Of a stretch of 64,000 nt of DNA, positions 48,568 to 57,495 are shown one piece after another. Both the position numbers and the translations under genes were made by a program. Each line of letters opens with the position of its first letter. The first letter of the stretch is position 1. Origin of the DNA: Candidatus Latescibacterota bacterium (GTDB lineage: Bacteria > Latescibacterota > UBA2968 > UBA8231); contig OZ241889.1 of assembly GCA_965203355.1 (NCBI GenBank), positions 3,008,001 to 3,072,000 of the forward strand, in the 5' to 3' direction. The notes below the pieces were generated by a model, which did not search any database, had not been told where the DNA came from, and saw nothing but the letters and a program-made list of their open reading frames with translations.

Positions 48568-49593
48568 CTAAAAACCCATGATGGCTCGCAGCCGCGCCTG
48601 CGTCGGCATGTAGTTGCTCTCCCACACCTGCTGCACTACCCCATCGGCGATATAGGCCAAGCGCGGATAGCCGTGGCGAAAGGTCAAGCGCTTAAAGTCC
48701 GTTGTCGAGATGGTGGCAATGTCAAAGCGCGGCTGCAACTGCTTCTTAAAGTCGATCAATAGCGAGTCGTCCTGCGCGAAACTCGTCAGGGCGATGAGCC
48801 GCGGCAACTGGGGGTCTTGGGCTAGGATGTTCATCTTGGGCACGGCGTTTTTGCAGTGAATACACTTGGGGTGGAACAATTCGATCAGGTATTCGCCTTC
48901 CAGCAAATCGACATCCACGCCTTTAAGCGCCAAGCCGGAGAGCCGCACGCCGCTTTTGAGATCCGACTGCGCGATGCGCTCTAGATCGGGGAAAAACCGC
49001 AGCCCGCCCACCGCCAGTCCAGCGATAAACACACCTAACACCACCTGACTCGCCTGCGGCCAGACCGGGGCACCCCCGATCCCCCACCAGTTGGGCCGAT
49101 CAACGACGGGCACGGCGTCTGCACGGCGGTGCATTCCCCACCAAGCAAACAGCAGCACCACCAGCATCGCGCCATCTTCTATCGCCGCTTCCCTTGGCCC
49201 GCGCTCGACGAGCGCACCAAAGCAGCCGCAGTCAATCGAAGCACCTATATACCAAGCCTTGGCCGTCAGCGCAGTGAACGCGGCCATCAGCACCGTCGCC
49301 ACCAGAAAGCATAGCTGCGGCTGCCAGTTTAGCGTCGCCACCGAAAAGCACAGCCGCGGCTGCCAGTTTAGCAGCAGTGCCCAGCCGAGGACGAATTCAA
49401 TCGGCCCCAACACAATGGCCGCCTTGGCGACGGCCGACGCGGTTTCCCATTCTACCACTCCGAGCAGTTGCGCGTAGGGAATGGCCTCCCAATAAAAAAG
49501 CACCGGCTCCCATACTTTAACCGCTCCGGCAACTAGGTACACAACTCCGATGAGCATCTGGCCGACGCGCGCGGCCTTGCTTATACCATCCAT
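48568..49593 (-). CDS. MauE/DoxX membrane domain fused to a thioredoxin-like domain
   Basis: AGAVK, DCGCFG and CIHC motifs; YP cis-Pro-like motif. Confidence 0.8.
   Translation of the reverse strand: MDGISKAARVGQMLIGVVYLVAGAVKVWEPVLFYWEAIPYAQLLGVVEWETASAVAKAAIVLGPIEFVLGWALLLNWQPRLCFSVATLNWQPQLCFLVATVLMAAFTALTAKAWYIGASIDCGCFGALVERGPREAAIEDGAMLVVLLFAWWGMHRRADAVPVVDRPNWWGIGGAPVWPQASQVVLGVFIAGLAVGGLRFFPDLERIAQSDLKSGVRLSGLALKGVDVDLLEGEYLIELFHPKCIHCKNAVPKMNILAQDPQLPRLIALTSFAQDDSLLIDFKKQLQPRFDIATISTTDFKRLTFRHGYPRLAYIADGVVQQVWESNYMPTQARLRAIMGF
49294..49371 (-). repeat. In-frame 39-bp tandem duplication
   Basis: Encodes LNWQPRLCFSVAT / LNWQPQLCFLVAT. Confidence 0.9.
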
Positions 49594-49605
49594 ATTAAGT
49601 GCTCC

Positions 49606-52600
49606 TCAATCGATCAATTCGGTGAATACGGCCGAAAATACGCGCCGCGTCTGTCGCATCCATACCTCCACCTCGCCTTGGAAGGCCGCTACGTCTTTAG
49701 CACCGAGCGCCCGGCTCAATATCTCCAATTCCCGCCCAGTCGGCAGGGTGTTGCTGGCCCTTTCGCTGGCGAGCCGCATCCCTTTTTCCACCGCCCGCAG
49801 ATACTCGTACGCGTCGAGGAGAAAGCGGCCCCGCGGCGGGTCTAAACAGCCCTGCTCAACTAGTAGCCGCAGCGCGCGCCTCGTGCTACCCAAGCGCAAG
49901 GCCCGATCTCGATAGCCCCACTTGAGCACCAGTACCTGCGCCACAAATTCGATATCGACGATACCGCCCGGGCCGCGCTTGATGTCAATGCGCATTGGGC
50001 GCTGGCCCGGCGGCTCCATTCGCTGGCGCATCTCCTGCATCTGCGCAACTAAGGCCGCGTCCACCTCCCGACTGTACACGAAGCGTTCAATCGCCCGCAA
50101 GACCCGCGCCCCAAACTCGGCATCGCCAGCCACTTGGCGTGCTCGACTCAGCGCCATCCGCTCCCAAGTGGCTGCCCGCTGCGCCAAGTAGCGGCGGTAG
50201 CCGACCAGCGAGATCGCCATAGGAGCACTGGCCCCTTCAGGCCGCAGCCGCGCATCCACCGAATACAGCCCGCCCTCGGCTAACAGGGCGATCAGACGCT
50301 GGCTGAACTCGGCAAAAAATACGCTATTCGGTACGCCACGGCGCGTCTTGCCGTCGCCTTCGTACACGAAAAACAAATCCAGATCCGAGCCAAAATCCAC
50401 CTCGCGGCCACCAAACTTACCGGCGGCCAATACGGCGAACCGCATGGCGCGCCCTGGCCGATTGCGCGGCGTACCCCACCGCCGCACTAACGGCCCCCAA
50501 GCCAGCCGATAGACCGCTTGCAACACCTCTTCACCCAATTCCGTTAGCCGCAGGAAAGTCTCCTCCTCGGTCGCCAGCCCCATCAGGTCGTCGGCTCCAA
50601 TCCGCAGGAGGGCCTTGTTCTGCATCCGTGCAATGGCTTGCAAATCGCCGCGCACCGGGCCAGCCTCCCAATCCCAGCCAACCTGCCCCACTAAGCTGTC
50701 GAGTAAGGCCGGGTCGCGGCGCAACAGATCGGCGAGAAAGCGGCTCGAGCCACAAATGGCAATGATCAAGGTCCGAAAGCCCGTATGCTCTTGCAACAAA
50801 GAGTACAAAACACCCGGCGCCCCATACGCCTCAACGAGTTGGGTGAAGCGCAAAAGCCCTTGGTCTGGGTCGGGAGCGGCGACCAGCGAATTTAGCAGTT
50901 CTGGCAACAGGGCCTCAAAGCGAGCACGTCCCCCGCTCAGCAACAGGCCCATAGCCGCTAGCCGCTGCAAGCGGCGGTGTGCGGCGGCCCCATCGACAAA
51001 GCCCCGCTCCACCAAGTCGGCTTTCGCCGCCGCGCTGCCGTTTTCGACTTCCAAAAGCCACGTCGGCGCGCGCGGAGCCGCTGGGTCGCCGTAAAACAAG
51101 GCGGCAAACAAGCGGCGCACCCGCAACCGGTGTCCGGCTAGTGCGCCGCTAAAGGCGCGCGCATTTTCATACCCCATAGCCAAGGCCAAGGCCCGCAAGG
51201 CTTGTGCATCTTCTGGGATGGCGTAGTCGGGTCGGCCAGAGGCGATTTGCAACAGGTTTTCAACGCGGCGAAAAAACTCGTACGCGTCCTTGAGGGCCTT
51301 GGTTTCTGCCGCAGTCAAGGCCGCCTTCACCGCACCTTTAGGTGCGACCACTTCGGCCAAGCGGTCAATGGCCGCTAGCGTGTTGTGGCGGCGCACTTGG
51401 GGGTGGATGCCCCCGTAGAGTAGCTGTAGGCACTGGACGATGAATTCAATGTCGCGGATCCCGCCCGCTTGCAGCTTGATGTTGTTCTCGCCGCGGGGAC
51501 GATCGCGGATGCTCGCCTCAATCCGCTCTTTGATGCGGCGGATTTCCTCGTGCGGCGCCGCGCGGAAGTGCGCTGGATAAATAAAGGGCCGGAGCATGGC
51601 CGCGTATTGTTCCCCCAGCGTCCGCGATCCCGCCACGCGCCGGGCCTTGATCAGCATCTGCCGCTCCCACAGTTCGCCGCGCGTCTCGTAATACCGCCAA
51701 CTGGCGCGCAACGAGTGGGTCAAGGTGCCGCTCGCGCCTTCGGGGCGCAACCGCATATCAACGCGGTAGAAAAAGCCTTCCTTGGTCACCTCAGTCAGTA
51801 CCTGGACTAAGCGCTGGCCCAAGCGGCGAAAAAATTCGCTGTTCTCCAGCGGGGTCCCCTCCCCCTCAGGCTGGGTCTCGCCCTCGCCATCCCACGCGAA
51901 AATTAGGTCGATATCCGAGCTGTAGTTTAGCTCCTGCCCGCCGTATTTGCCCAAGCCAACGACGAGAAAGCGCGCTGGGCGACCGCGCTCGTCCAGCGGG
52001 CGACCATGCTCCTGCCACAAGACGTGCTGGCACGTTTCGAGGGCTAACTCAACCACCACGTCGGCTAAGTCGGCCAGTTCTTTTCCTATCTGCGCAACCG
52101 GCTTGGTGCCGAGGATTTCGGCGGCACCAATGCGCAGAAACTCGCGCCGATGCACCCGTCGCAATGCCTCTAAACGCTCCTCAAACTCGGAGACATGACC
52201 GATATCAGTATGCAAAATCTGCCGCAGGGTCCGCCCCTCCAGCGGCTCGACTAAGTGCGGCGTTTCGACCAACAGCCACAATAGGAATTCGAAGTCGCGC
52301 ACCAAGATGTCGGCGAGAAAGGTACTGTGACTGACGATCTGCACTAAGCGCTGACACAGAATGGGATCAGCCTCTAAGTGAGAAAAAAGACTTCGTGGGC
52401 CGTATGCCGCGGCCAAGCGCACCAACTGCCGCAGGCCCTCGTCCGGCCGGCCCGTCGCAGATAGTTCGGCCAACGCGAGGGCGGGCAGCGGTGCCGATTG
52501 CGGCGGGCCGCCGATCCGGTCCAAAGTCTCTAGGGCTTGGACCGGATCGACAAAACCCAATCGCGCCAAGGGATCAAGGGCTGTGGCCGCGTCGGCCGCG

Positions 52601-52695
52601 AGGGCGAGACGGGCCCGTTCCAATGCGGTGGGCACTACCGGAGCTTCAGAGGGCGTTTTCGCCGGTTTCGCCGGTGCGGATGCGGATGGCCTCAA
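49606..52695 (-). CDS. glnE: Bifunctional glutamine synthetase adenylyltransferase/adenylyl-removing enzyme
   Basis: Two nucleotidyltransferase motifs, GKYGGQELNYSSDIDL and GKFGGREVDFGSDLDL; VDMRLRPEG; exact start uncertain. Confidence 0.93.
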   Translation of the reverse strand: MRPSASAPAKPAKTPSEAPVVPTALERARLALAADAATALDPLARLGFVDPVQALETLDRIGGPPQSAPLPALALAELSATGRPDEGLRQLVRLAAAYGPRSLFSHLEADPILCQRLVQIVSHSTFLADILVRDFEFLLWLLVETPHLVEPLEGRTLRQILHTDIGHVSEFEERLEALRRVHRREFLRIGAAEILGTKPVAQIGKELADLADVVVELALETCQHVLWQEHGRPLDERGRPARFLVVGLGKYGGQELNYSSDIDLIFAWDGEGETQPEGEGTPLENSEFFRRLGQRLVQVLTEVTKEGFFYRVDMRLRPEGASGTLTHSLRASWRYYETRGELWERQMLIKARRVAGSRTLGEQYAAMLRPFIYPAHFRAAPHEEIRRIKERIEASIRDRPRGENNIKLQAGGIRDIEFIVQCLQLLYGGIHPQVRRHNTLAAIDRLAEVVAPKGAVKAALTAAETKALKDAYEFFRRVENLLQIASGRPDYAIPEDAQALRALALAMGYENARAFSGALAGHRLRVRRLFAALFYGDPAAPRAPTWLLEVENGSAAAKADLVERGFVDGAAAHRRLQRLAAMGLLLSGGRARFEALLPELLNSLVAAPDPDQGLLRFTQLVEAYGAPGVLYSLLQEHTGFRTLIIAICGSSRFLADLLRRDPALLDSLVGQVGWDWEAGPVRGDLQAIARMQNKALLRIGADDLMGLATEEETFLRLTELGEEVLQAVYRLAWGPLVRRWGTPRNRPGRAMRFAVLAAGKFGGREVDFGSDLDLFFVYEGDGKTRRGVPNSVFFAEFSQRLIALLAEGGLYSVDARLRPEGASAPMAISLVGYRRYLAQRAATWERMALSRARQVAGDAEFGARVLRAIERFVYSREVDAALVAQMQEMRQRMEPPGQRPMRIDIKRGPGGIVDIEFVAQVLVLKWGYRDRALRLGSTRRALRLLVEQGCLDPPRGRFLLDAYEYLRAVEKGMRLASERASNTLPTGRELEILSRALGAKDVAAFQGEVEVWMRQTRRVFSAVFTELID

Positions 52696-52984
52696 TCAGT
52701 TCGGAGACAAAGATTTTACCGTCGCCGACCTCGCCGGTGGCAGCCGACTGCATAATGGTCTCCACCGCTTCGTCGAATTGGCCATCGCCAACAGCCAATT
52801 CAATGCGAATCTTGGGCATGAAATCGAGCTGGTACTCGGCACCGCGGTAGATTTCGCTGTGGCCGCGTTGGCGACCGCAGCCGCGCACCTCGCTAACGGA
52901 CATGCCGACGAGGCCAATCGCGGCCAAGGATTGTTTGACCTCGTCGAGTTTGAAGGGCTTGATGAAGGCCACGATGTTTTTCAC
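52646..52984 (-). CDS. glnB: Nitrogen regulatory protein P-II
   Basis: 112 aa from GTG; IKPFKLDEVK, GRQRGH.E.YRGAEY, TGEVGDGKIF and IRIRTGE motifs. Confidence 0.93.
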   Translation of the reverse strand: MKNIVAFIKPFKLDEVKQSLAAIGLVGMSVSEVRGCGRQRGHSEIYRGAEYQLDFMPKIRIELAVGDGQFDEAVETIMQSAATGEVGDGKIFVSELIEAIRIRTGETGENAL

Positions 52985-52994
52985 GGCATCCCGC

Positions 52995-53618
52995 TCAACG
53001 AGACGAAAAGCGCGGCCTTCGACCATAGCTTATGCCACCGGCCGCGGGCACCGGAGCCACGTCGAGGGGCTTTTGTTGACTGCCGTGGATGGGGCCGATG
53101 CAACTGGCTGGGATATCTTCGGTCAGCACGACTGCGCCGCGCAGAAAAAAGCGACAACCCTTCTCGTGGGCCTGGGCCGCGAGGATCTCCACCACGCAGG
53201 GGGTATCGCGTTGGTGACTGTGCGACTCGGCCGCCTCGCGCGTTAGCGACAGATGCACGTAGTAGCGATCGCCTGGAGAAATGCCCTCGCGGGTAAAGCG
53301 CTGGGCGGCACTGTTAGTCGTGCCCATGTAGAGTCGATCGGGCGGCGGGTCCATAGGCTCGCCGTCCATATCGACGAAAAAACTATGTCCGTATAGCGCG
53401 CGAATGCTGAACTCGTTCAGTTCAAAGCGATACTGCCCCGGGGCTTTGACGAGGCTGACGACATCGGCTTCGGTCACCTCCGGGTAGCGTTCTTGTACTC
53501 CTTGTACTACCTGATCCAACGGCGCATAGCCGTATGCATCAATCTCCAGTCCAAACTCGTCGGGCCGATGCCTGAGCATCAGCGAAAGCAATTTGGAAAT
53601 ACGACTTATATTGGCCAC
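52995..53618 (-). CDS. kptA: RNA 2'-phosphotransferase (KptA/Tpt1 family)
   Basis: SKLLSLMLRH.P, IRALYGHS and R.YVHLS motifs. Confidence 0.85.
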   Translation of the reverse strand: MANISRISKLLSLMLRHRPDEFGLEIDAYGYAPLDQVVQGVQERYPEVTEADVVSLVKAPGQYRFELNEFSIRALYGHSFFVDMDGEPMDPPPDRLYMGTTNSAAQRFTREGISPGDRYYVHLSLTREAAESHSHQRDTPCVVEILAAQAHEKGCRFFLRGAVVLTEDIPASCIGPIHGSQQKPLDVAPVPAAGGISYGRRPRFSSR

Positions 53619-53644
53619 TGCTCATCGCGTCCTTTCAGCTAAGT

Positions 53645-53730
53645 TTAGTGATCAGTGGTCCGTGATCAGTGATCAGAAACCCCGGCCCCTAGGTGGGGGC
53701 TGGCTACCGACCACTGGCCACGGACCACTG
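53645..53730. repeat. Inverted heptamer-repeat arrays forming a hairpin
   Basis: CAGTGGTCCGTG (53653-53664) pairs with CACGGACCACTG (53719-53730) and extends imperfectly to about 24 bp; the right arm resembles 27707-27742. Confidence 0.8.
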
Positions 53731-53732
53731 CT

Positions 53733-54188
53733 CTATGGATTCCACTGTGCGCGATAAGTTCCAATGGCTTGGGCAACTGCCTCGTCGGACAGGGCGAGGA
53801 TCTGGGCGGCCAGCATGGCTGCATTGCGAGCATTGTCAATACCGACGGTCGCCACCGGGATCCCCGGCGGCATCTGCACGATGGAGTAAAGCGAATCGAC
53901 TCCATTGAGCGCACCCGAGGCAATAGGGACTCCGATGACCGGCAAGGTCGTATGCGCCGCCACCACGCCGGGTAAGGCCGCAGCTAAGCCGGCGCCAGCG
54001 ATGATCACCTTGAGGCCGCGGCCCGCCGCCTCGCTGGCCCAAGCAGCGGTGCGCTCGGGGTTGCGGTGAGCCGAAGATACGATCATTTCGCAACCGAGCC
54101 CAAGCTCTTCGAGCACCGCCACCCCCTTGCGCATGATGTCCTCGTCCGAGGTACTGCCCATGATTACGCCAACGCGAATATCTGCCAT
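53733..54188 (-). CDS. purE: N5-CAIR mutase
   Basis: [23 protein letters not shown] and [14 protein letters not shown] motifs. Confidence 0.95.
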   Translation of the reverse strand: MADIRVGVIMGSTSDEDIMRKGVAVLEELGLGCEMIVSSAHRNPERTAAWASEAAGRGLKVIIAGAGLAAALPGVVAAHTTLPVIGVPIASGALNGVDSLYSIVQMPPGIPVATVGIDNARNAAMLAAQILALSDEAVAQAIGTYRAQWNP

Positions 54189-54259
54189 AAAAACGTCCTC
54201 TCTGCGAATCGTATCGCGCACAGGTTAAAATAAGCCAAATCGTCCGCGCGACAACTGCC

Positions 54260-55462
54260 CTAAGAAGCGTTCATTTTGCGGCGCAGGAAGGCGGGAATGT
54301 CCAAGTCGCTAACCGCCGGACGCCCGCGCTCCTGATGTTCCTGGGGAATACTGTAGCCGTTGCGCAGATACGCGGGCTTTTCCAAGTCCAAGGGAGTAAG
54401 CCCATTGCCCCGGCCGAGGAGGACCGGGCCCACAGGATCCGCCTCCACGCCCTGCGGCATCGGCTCCTCTTGCGCGCGGGTCGGCGGCTCGGCCTCGTTG
54501 CTCTTGTGTACGTTGAAGCCCGTGGCGATGACCGTCACGCGAATGTTGTCGGCCAAGTTATCGTCAATTACGGTGCCGAAGATGATCTCGGAATCCGAGC
54601 CGGCTTCCTCGTTGATCAGCGACATGACTTCATTGATCTCGTACAGGGTGAGATTGGAATCACCGGCGATATTGATCAACACGCCCTTGGCACCCGCGAT
54701 CGATACATCCTCCAAAAGCGGGCTGTTGATCGCCTTGCGCGCGGCCTCCAAGGCCCGCTCTTCGCCGCTGTACTCCCCGAGGCCCATAATCGCATCCCCA
54801 CCCTTGGAAATCACCGTGCGCACGTCGTTGAAATCGAGATTGACCATGCCCGGAATCGTAATCAGGTCGGAAATACCACGCGTGGCCTGCATCAGCACTT
54901 CATCGGCCTTGAGAAACGCATCTTGGAGCGTGGTGTCGCGGCCGCAGACTTCTAGCAGGCGCTGGTTTTTGATGGTGATCAGGGTGTCGACTTGGTCCTT
55001 TAGCTCGGCAATCCCGCTCCTGGCGTTCTTCATCCGCGGAGAGCCTTCCATTAGAAAAGGCTCGGTGACAATGCCGACCGTCAGCGCCCCTTGCTCGCGG
55101 GAAATTTCCGCAACCGTGGGCGCGGCGCCCGTACCGGTGCCGCCCCCCATGCCGGCTGTGATGAAGATCAGATCCGAGTCCTGGAGTTGCTTGGAGACCT
55201 TGTCGCGGTCTTCTTCCATAGCTTGCCGGCCCACTTCTGGATTCGCACCGGCACCCAATCCCCGCGTAACGCTGCTGCCAATGCAAATGGGAAAGTCGGC
55301 CCGCGAGGCTTCCAACGCCTGCGCATCCGTGTTGACAGCGACGAATTCGACGCCGTGCATTCCCGACTCGATCATGCGGTTGATGGCATTGCCACCGCTC
55401 CCACCAACGCCGACGACCTTGATGCGCGCCCGATGCTCATTGTCGATAATCCTAATTGCCAT
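54260..55462 (-). CDS. ftsZ: Cell division protein FtsZ
   Basis: GGGTGTG and NLDFND motifs; C-terminal LDIPAFLR. Confidence 0.98.
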   Translation of the reverse strand: MAIRIIDNEHRARIKVVGVGGSGGNAINRMIESGMHGVEFVAVNTDAQALEASRADFPICIGSSVTRGLGAGANPEVGRQAMEEDRDKVSKQLQDSDLIFITAGMGGGTGTGAAPTVAEISREQGALTVGIVTEPFLMEGSPRMKNARSGIAELKDQVDTLITIKNQRLLEVCGRDTTLQDAFLKADEVLMQATRGISDLITIPGMVNLDFNDVRTVISKGGDAIMGLGEYSGEERALEAARKAINSPLLEDVSIAGAKGVLINIAGDSNLTLYEINEVMSLINEEAGSDSEIIFGTVIDDNLADNIRVTVIATGFNVHKSNEAEPPTRAQEEPMPQGVEADPVGPVLLGRGNGLTPLDLEKPAYLRNGYSIPQEHQERGRPAVSDLDIPAFLRRKMNAS

Positions 55463-55498
55463 AATGATGCCTCCTTGATTTTGGGACCAGCACCGCCG

Positions 55499-56671
55499 CT
55501 AGTCCCGTGGTTGTAGCCATTTTTTTACGCGCCCTAACACTGAATCAAAGGGAGCTTCGACCAGTCCCGGGGCTTCTGTTTGGTTTTTGCCCTTCTGTTG
55601 CTCCAGGCCGTACAGGAGCAGACCCAACACCGTAGCATACGATGGGCTCGCGAGCTCGGCGGCCCCCTCAAACCCACTCGGCCCCCCCAAGCGCACTGGC
55701 ATGTTAAAGACCCGCTCGGCCAAGGCCACCGCTCCGGTGATTTGCGCTCCCCCACCCGTGAGGACCAGGCCCGCGCCTAGCGCAGCATGGGGCAACGCAG
55801 TATAGATCTGCTGGCGGGCTAGGGCCAATATCTCTTCCATCCGCGCTTCGACGATAAAGGCCACGGCCTCGCTGGGCGCACCCGCACACTTGACCTGCTC
55901 GGCCTCGGCCCGCGTGGTGTGTAGCCCAACGCCGATGTCGTTGGTCACGTTGTGCCCGCCCAATCCGATGTTGCCCGAGTGGCGCAACCCGTTGCCAACA
56001 AAGACAGCCATATCGGTCGTGCCGCCGCCGATGTCGAGCAGGCAGACGCCCATCTGCCGCTCGTCTTCCGTGAGGACCGCATAGCTCGAAGCAAGCGCAC
56101 CGAGAACGACGCCGCGCACCTCGACGCCCGCCCGGAGAATGCTGTGGCAGATGTTCCGCACGGCGGTAACCGAACTGGTGACCACGTGTACACTGGCCTC
56201 TAGGCGCACTCCATACATACCCACGGGATCGAGAATGCCCCGCTGGCCGTTGACGGCAAACTCTTGGGGCAAAACGTGTAGTACCTCGCGGTCGAACGGC
56301 ACTTTGACCACGCCGGCCACCGAGAGCACCCGGGCGCGATCCTGTGCTCCGATCCATCCGCCTTCGCCGCCGACCGCCACCATGCCCGTGCTGTTGAGGC
56401 TGGAGATGTATTGGCCAGAAATGCCAGCGTACACTGAGTCGATTTCGACCCCAGCCATCAGCTCGGCTTGACGCACGGCCTCGCCAATGGCGTGCACGGT
56501 TTTCTCAGCATCCACAATCGCCCCGCGCTGGATCCCTTCTGAGGGGTGCTGGCCGATGCCAATAATCCGCGGGGGCCGCTCGGCGACCTGCTCGGCAATG
56601 ACGGCGCAGACCTTGGTCGTGCCCAAGTCTAGCCCGGCGATAATGGCGTTGCGCTCCTCGCTCCAGTTCAT
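55499..56671 (-). CDS. ftsA: Cell division protein FtsA
   Basis: GLDLGTTK, DIGGGTTD, EARMEEI and LTGGGA motifs; C-terminal amphipathic helix. Confidence 0.95.
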   Translation of the reverse strand: MNWSEERNAIIAGLDLGTTKVCAVIAEQVAERPPRIIGIGQHPSEGIQRGAIVDAEKTVHAIGEAVRQAELMAGVEIDSVYAGISGQYISSLNSTGMVAVGGEGGWIGAQDRARVLSVAGVVKVPFDREVLHVLPQEFAVNGQRGILDPVGMYGVRLEASVHVVTSSVTAVRNICHSILRAGVEVRGVVLGALASSYAVLTEDERQMGVCLLDIGGGTTDMAVFVGNGLRHSGNIGLGGHNVTNDIGVGLHTTRAEAEQVKCAGAPSEAVAFIVEARMEEILALARQQIYTALPHAALGAGLVLTGGGAQITGAVALAERVFNMPVRLGGPSGFEGAAELASPSYATVLGLLLYGLEQQKGKNQTEAPGLVEAPFDSVLGRVKKWLQPRD

Positions 56672-57495
56672 CCCGATTTTGCTTTCTTTTTGCCGACGAC
56701 CATCTGGCCGGCATAGCGCAAGTCGATATAGGCCGGATCGGGATGGCTTTGATGGACGCGCGGCATCAACTCGCGCAAGGTGCGAAGCCGGTGGGCGACC
56801 TCGTTGGCCGGCAAGCGCACTTCGAGTCCGTCACCGGCCATCTGCAAGCGAATGCTCGCCCCGGCCATCGGCTGAATACCGGCTACGTTGCGGCAAAATT
56901 CCGCATCGGCAACCGTGGCTTCCTCCCACCAGCGCAGAATCGCCAAGAGCACCGAGTCCGACACGGCCACGCCCGGCTGCAGCGAACCACCGCGGACGGG
57001 CAGCCCGGATAGGACGGGCAAGTTGCGCGGCCGAGCAACCAACGAGTCGTCCGTGCTGCCTGCCGGAAGCAGGACGCCCTCGGGCGTTATTCCGTAGGTC
57101 TGGCCCAAGTCAATCCAAGCCACTTGGCGATGCTCGACTATCTCGACGGCAATCCGGTCGGGCGGCTTGCGCGTCACGAGAGCTTGCTTGATCCAACACA
57201 TGGCTTCCAGCCGCTGCGCGACCGCGTCCAAGTTGATGGCGAAAATGTTGCTACCAGCCACAAGGCCACTGGCGACGCGTACCTCTTCCCCCCTGAGCCG
57301 CCGCAACCCATCCACCTCAATAGCCTGGAGGCCAAAGTAGGAGGAGCGGCCAAAGTAAGTAGCCGCCTGATAGGCCGCCAAGGTGCTGCCCGTGGCCAAG
57401 ATCAAGAGCGCGATCCAAGGCCAGCGGGTCTTAGATCGACCCTGTTTGCCCACAGTTAGCGGCTTCTTGCGCGCTTTGGTCTTTTGGCGTTTCAC
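56668..57495 (-). CDS. ftsQ: Cell division protein FtsQ/DivIB
   Basis: One TM, a POTRA region and C-terminal YIDLRY; GTG start overlaps the murC stop. Confidence 0.88.
   Translation of the reverse strand: MKRQKTKARKKPLTVGKQGRSKTRWPWIALLILATGSTLAAYQAATYFGRSSYFGLQAIEVDGLRRLRGEEVRVASGLVAGSNIFAINLDAVAQRLEAMCWIKQALVTRKPPDRIAVEIVEHRQVAWIDLGQTYGITPEGVLLPAGSTDDSLVARPRNLPVLSGLPVRGGSLQPGVAVSDSVLLAILRWWEEATVADAEFCRNVAGIQPMAGASIRLQMAGDGLEVRLPANEVAHRLRTLRELMPRVHQSHPDPAYIDLRYAGQMVVGKKKAKSG

Noticed and set aside
54360-55478. 372-aa plus-strand ORF
   Set aside because: Antisense shadow of ftsZ, expected from high-GC codon bias. The same applies to 5596-6510, 13682-14587, 8531-9313 and 60843-61622.
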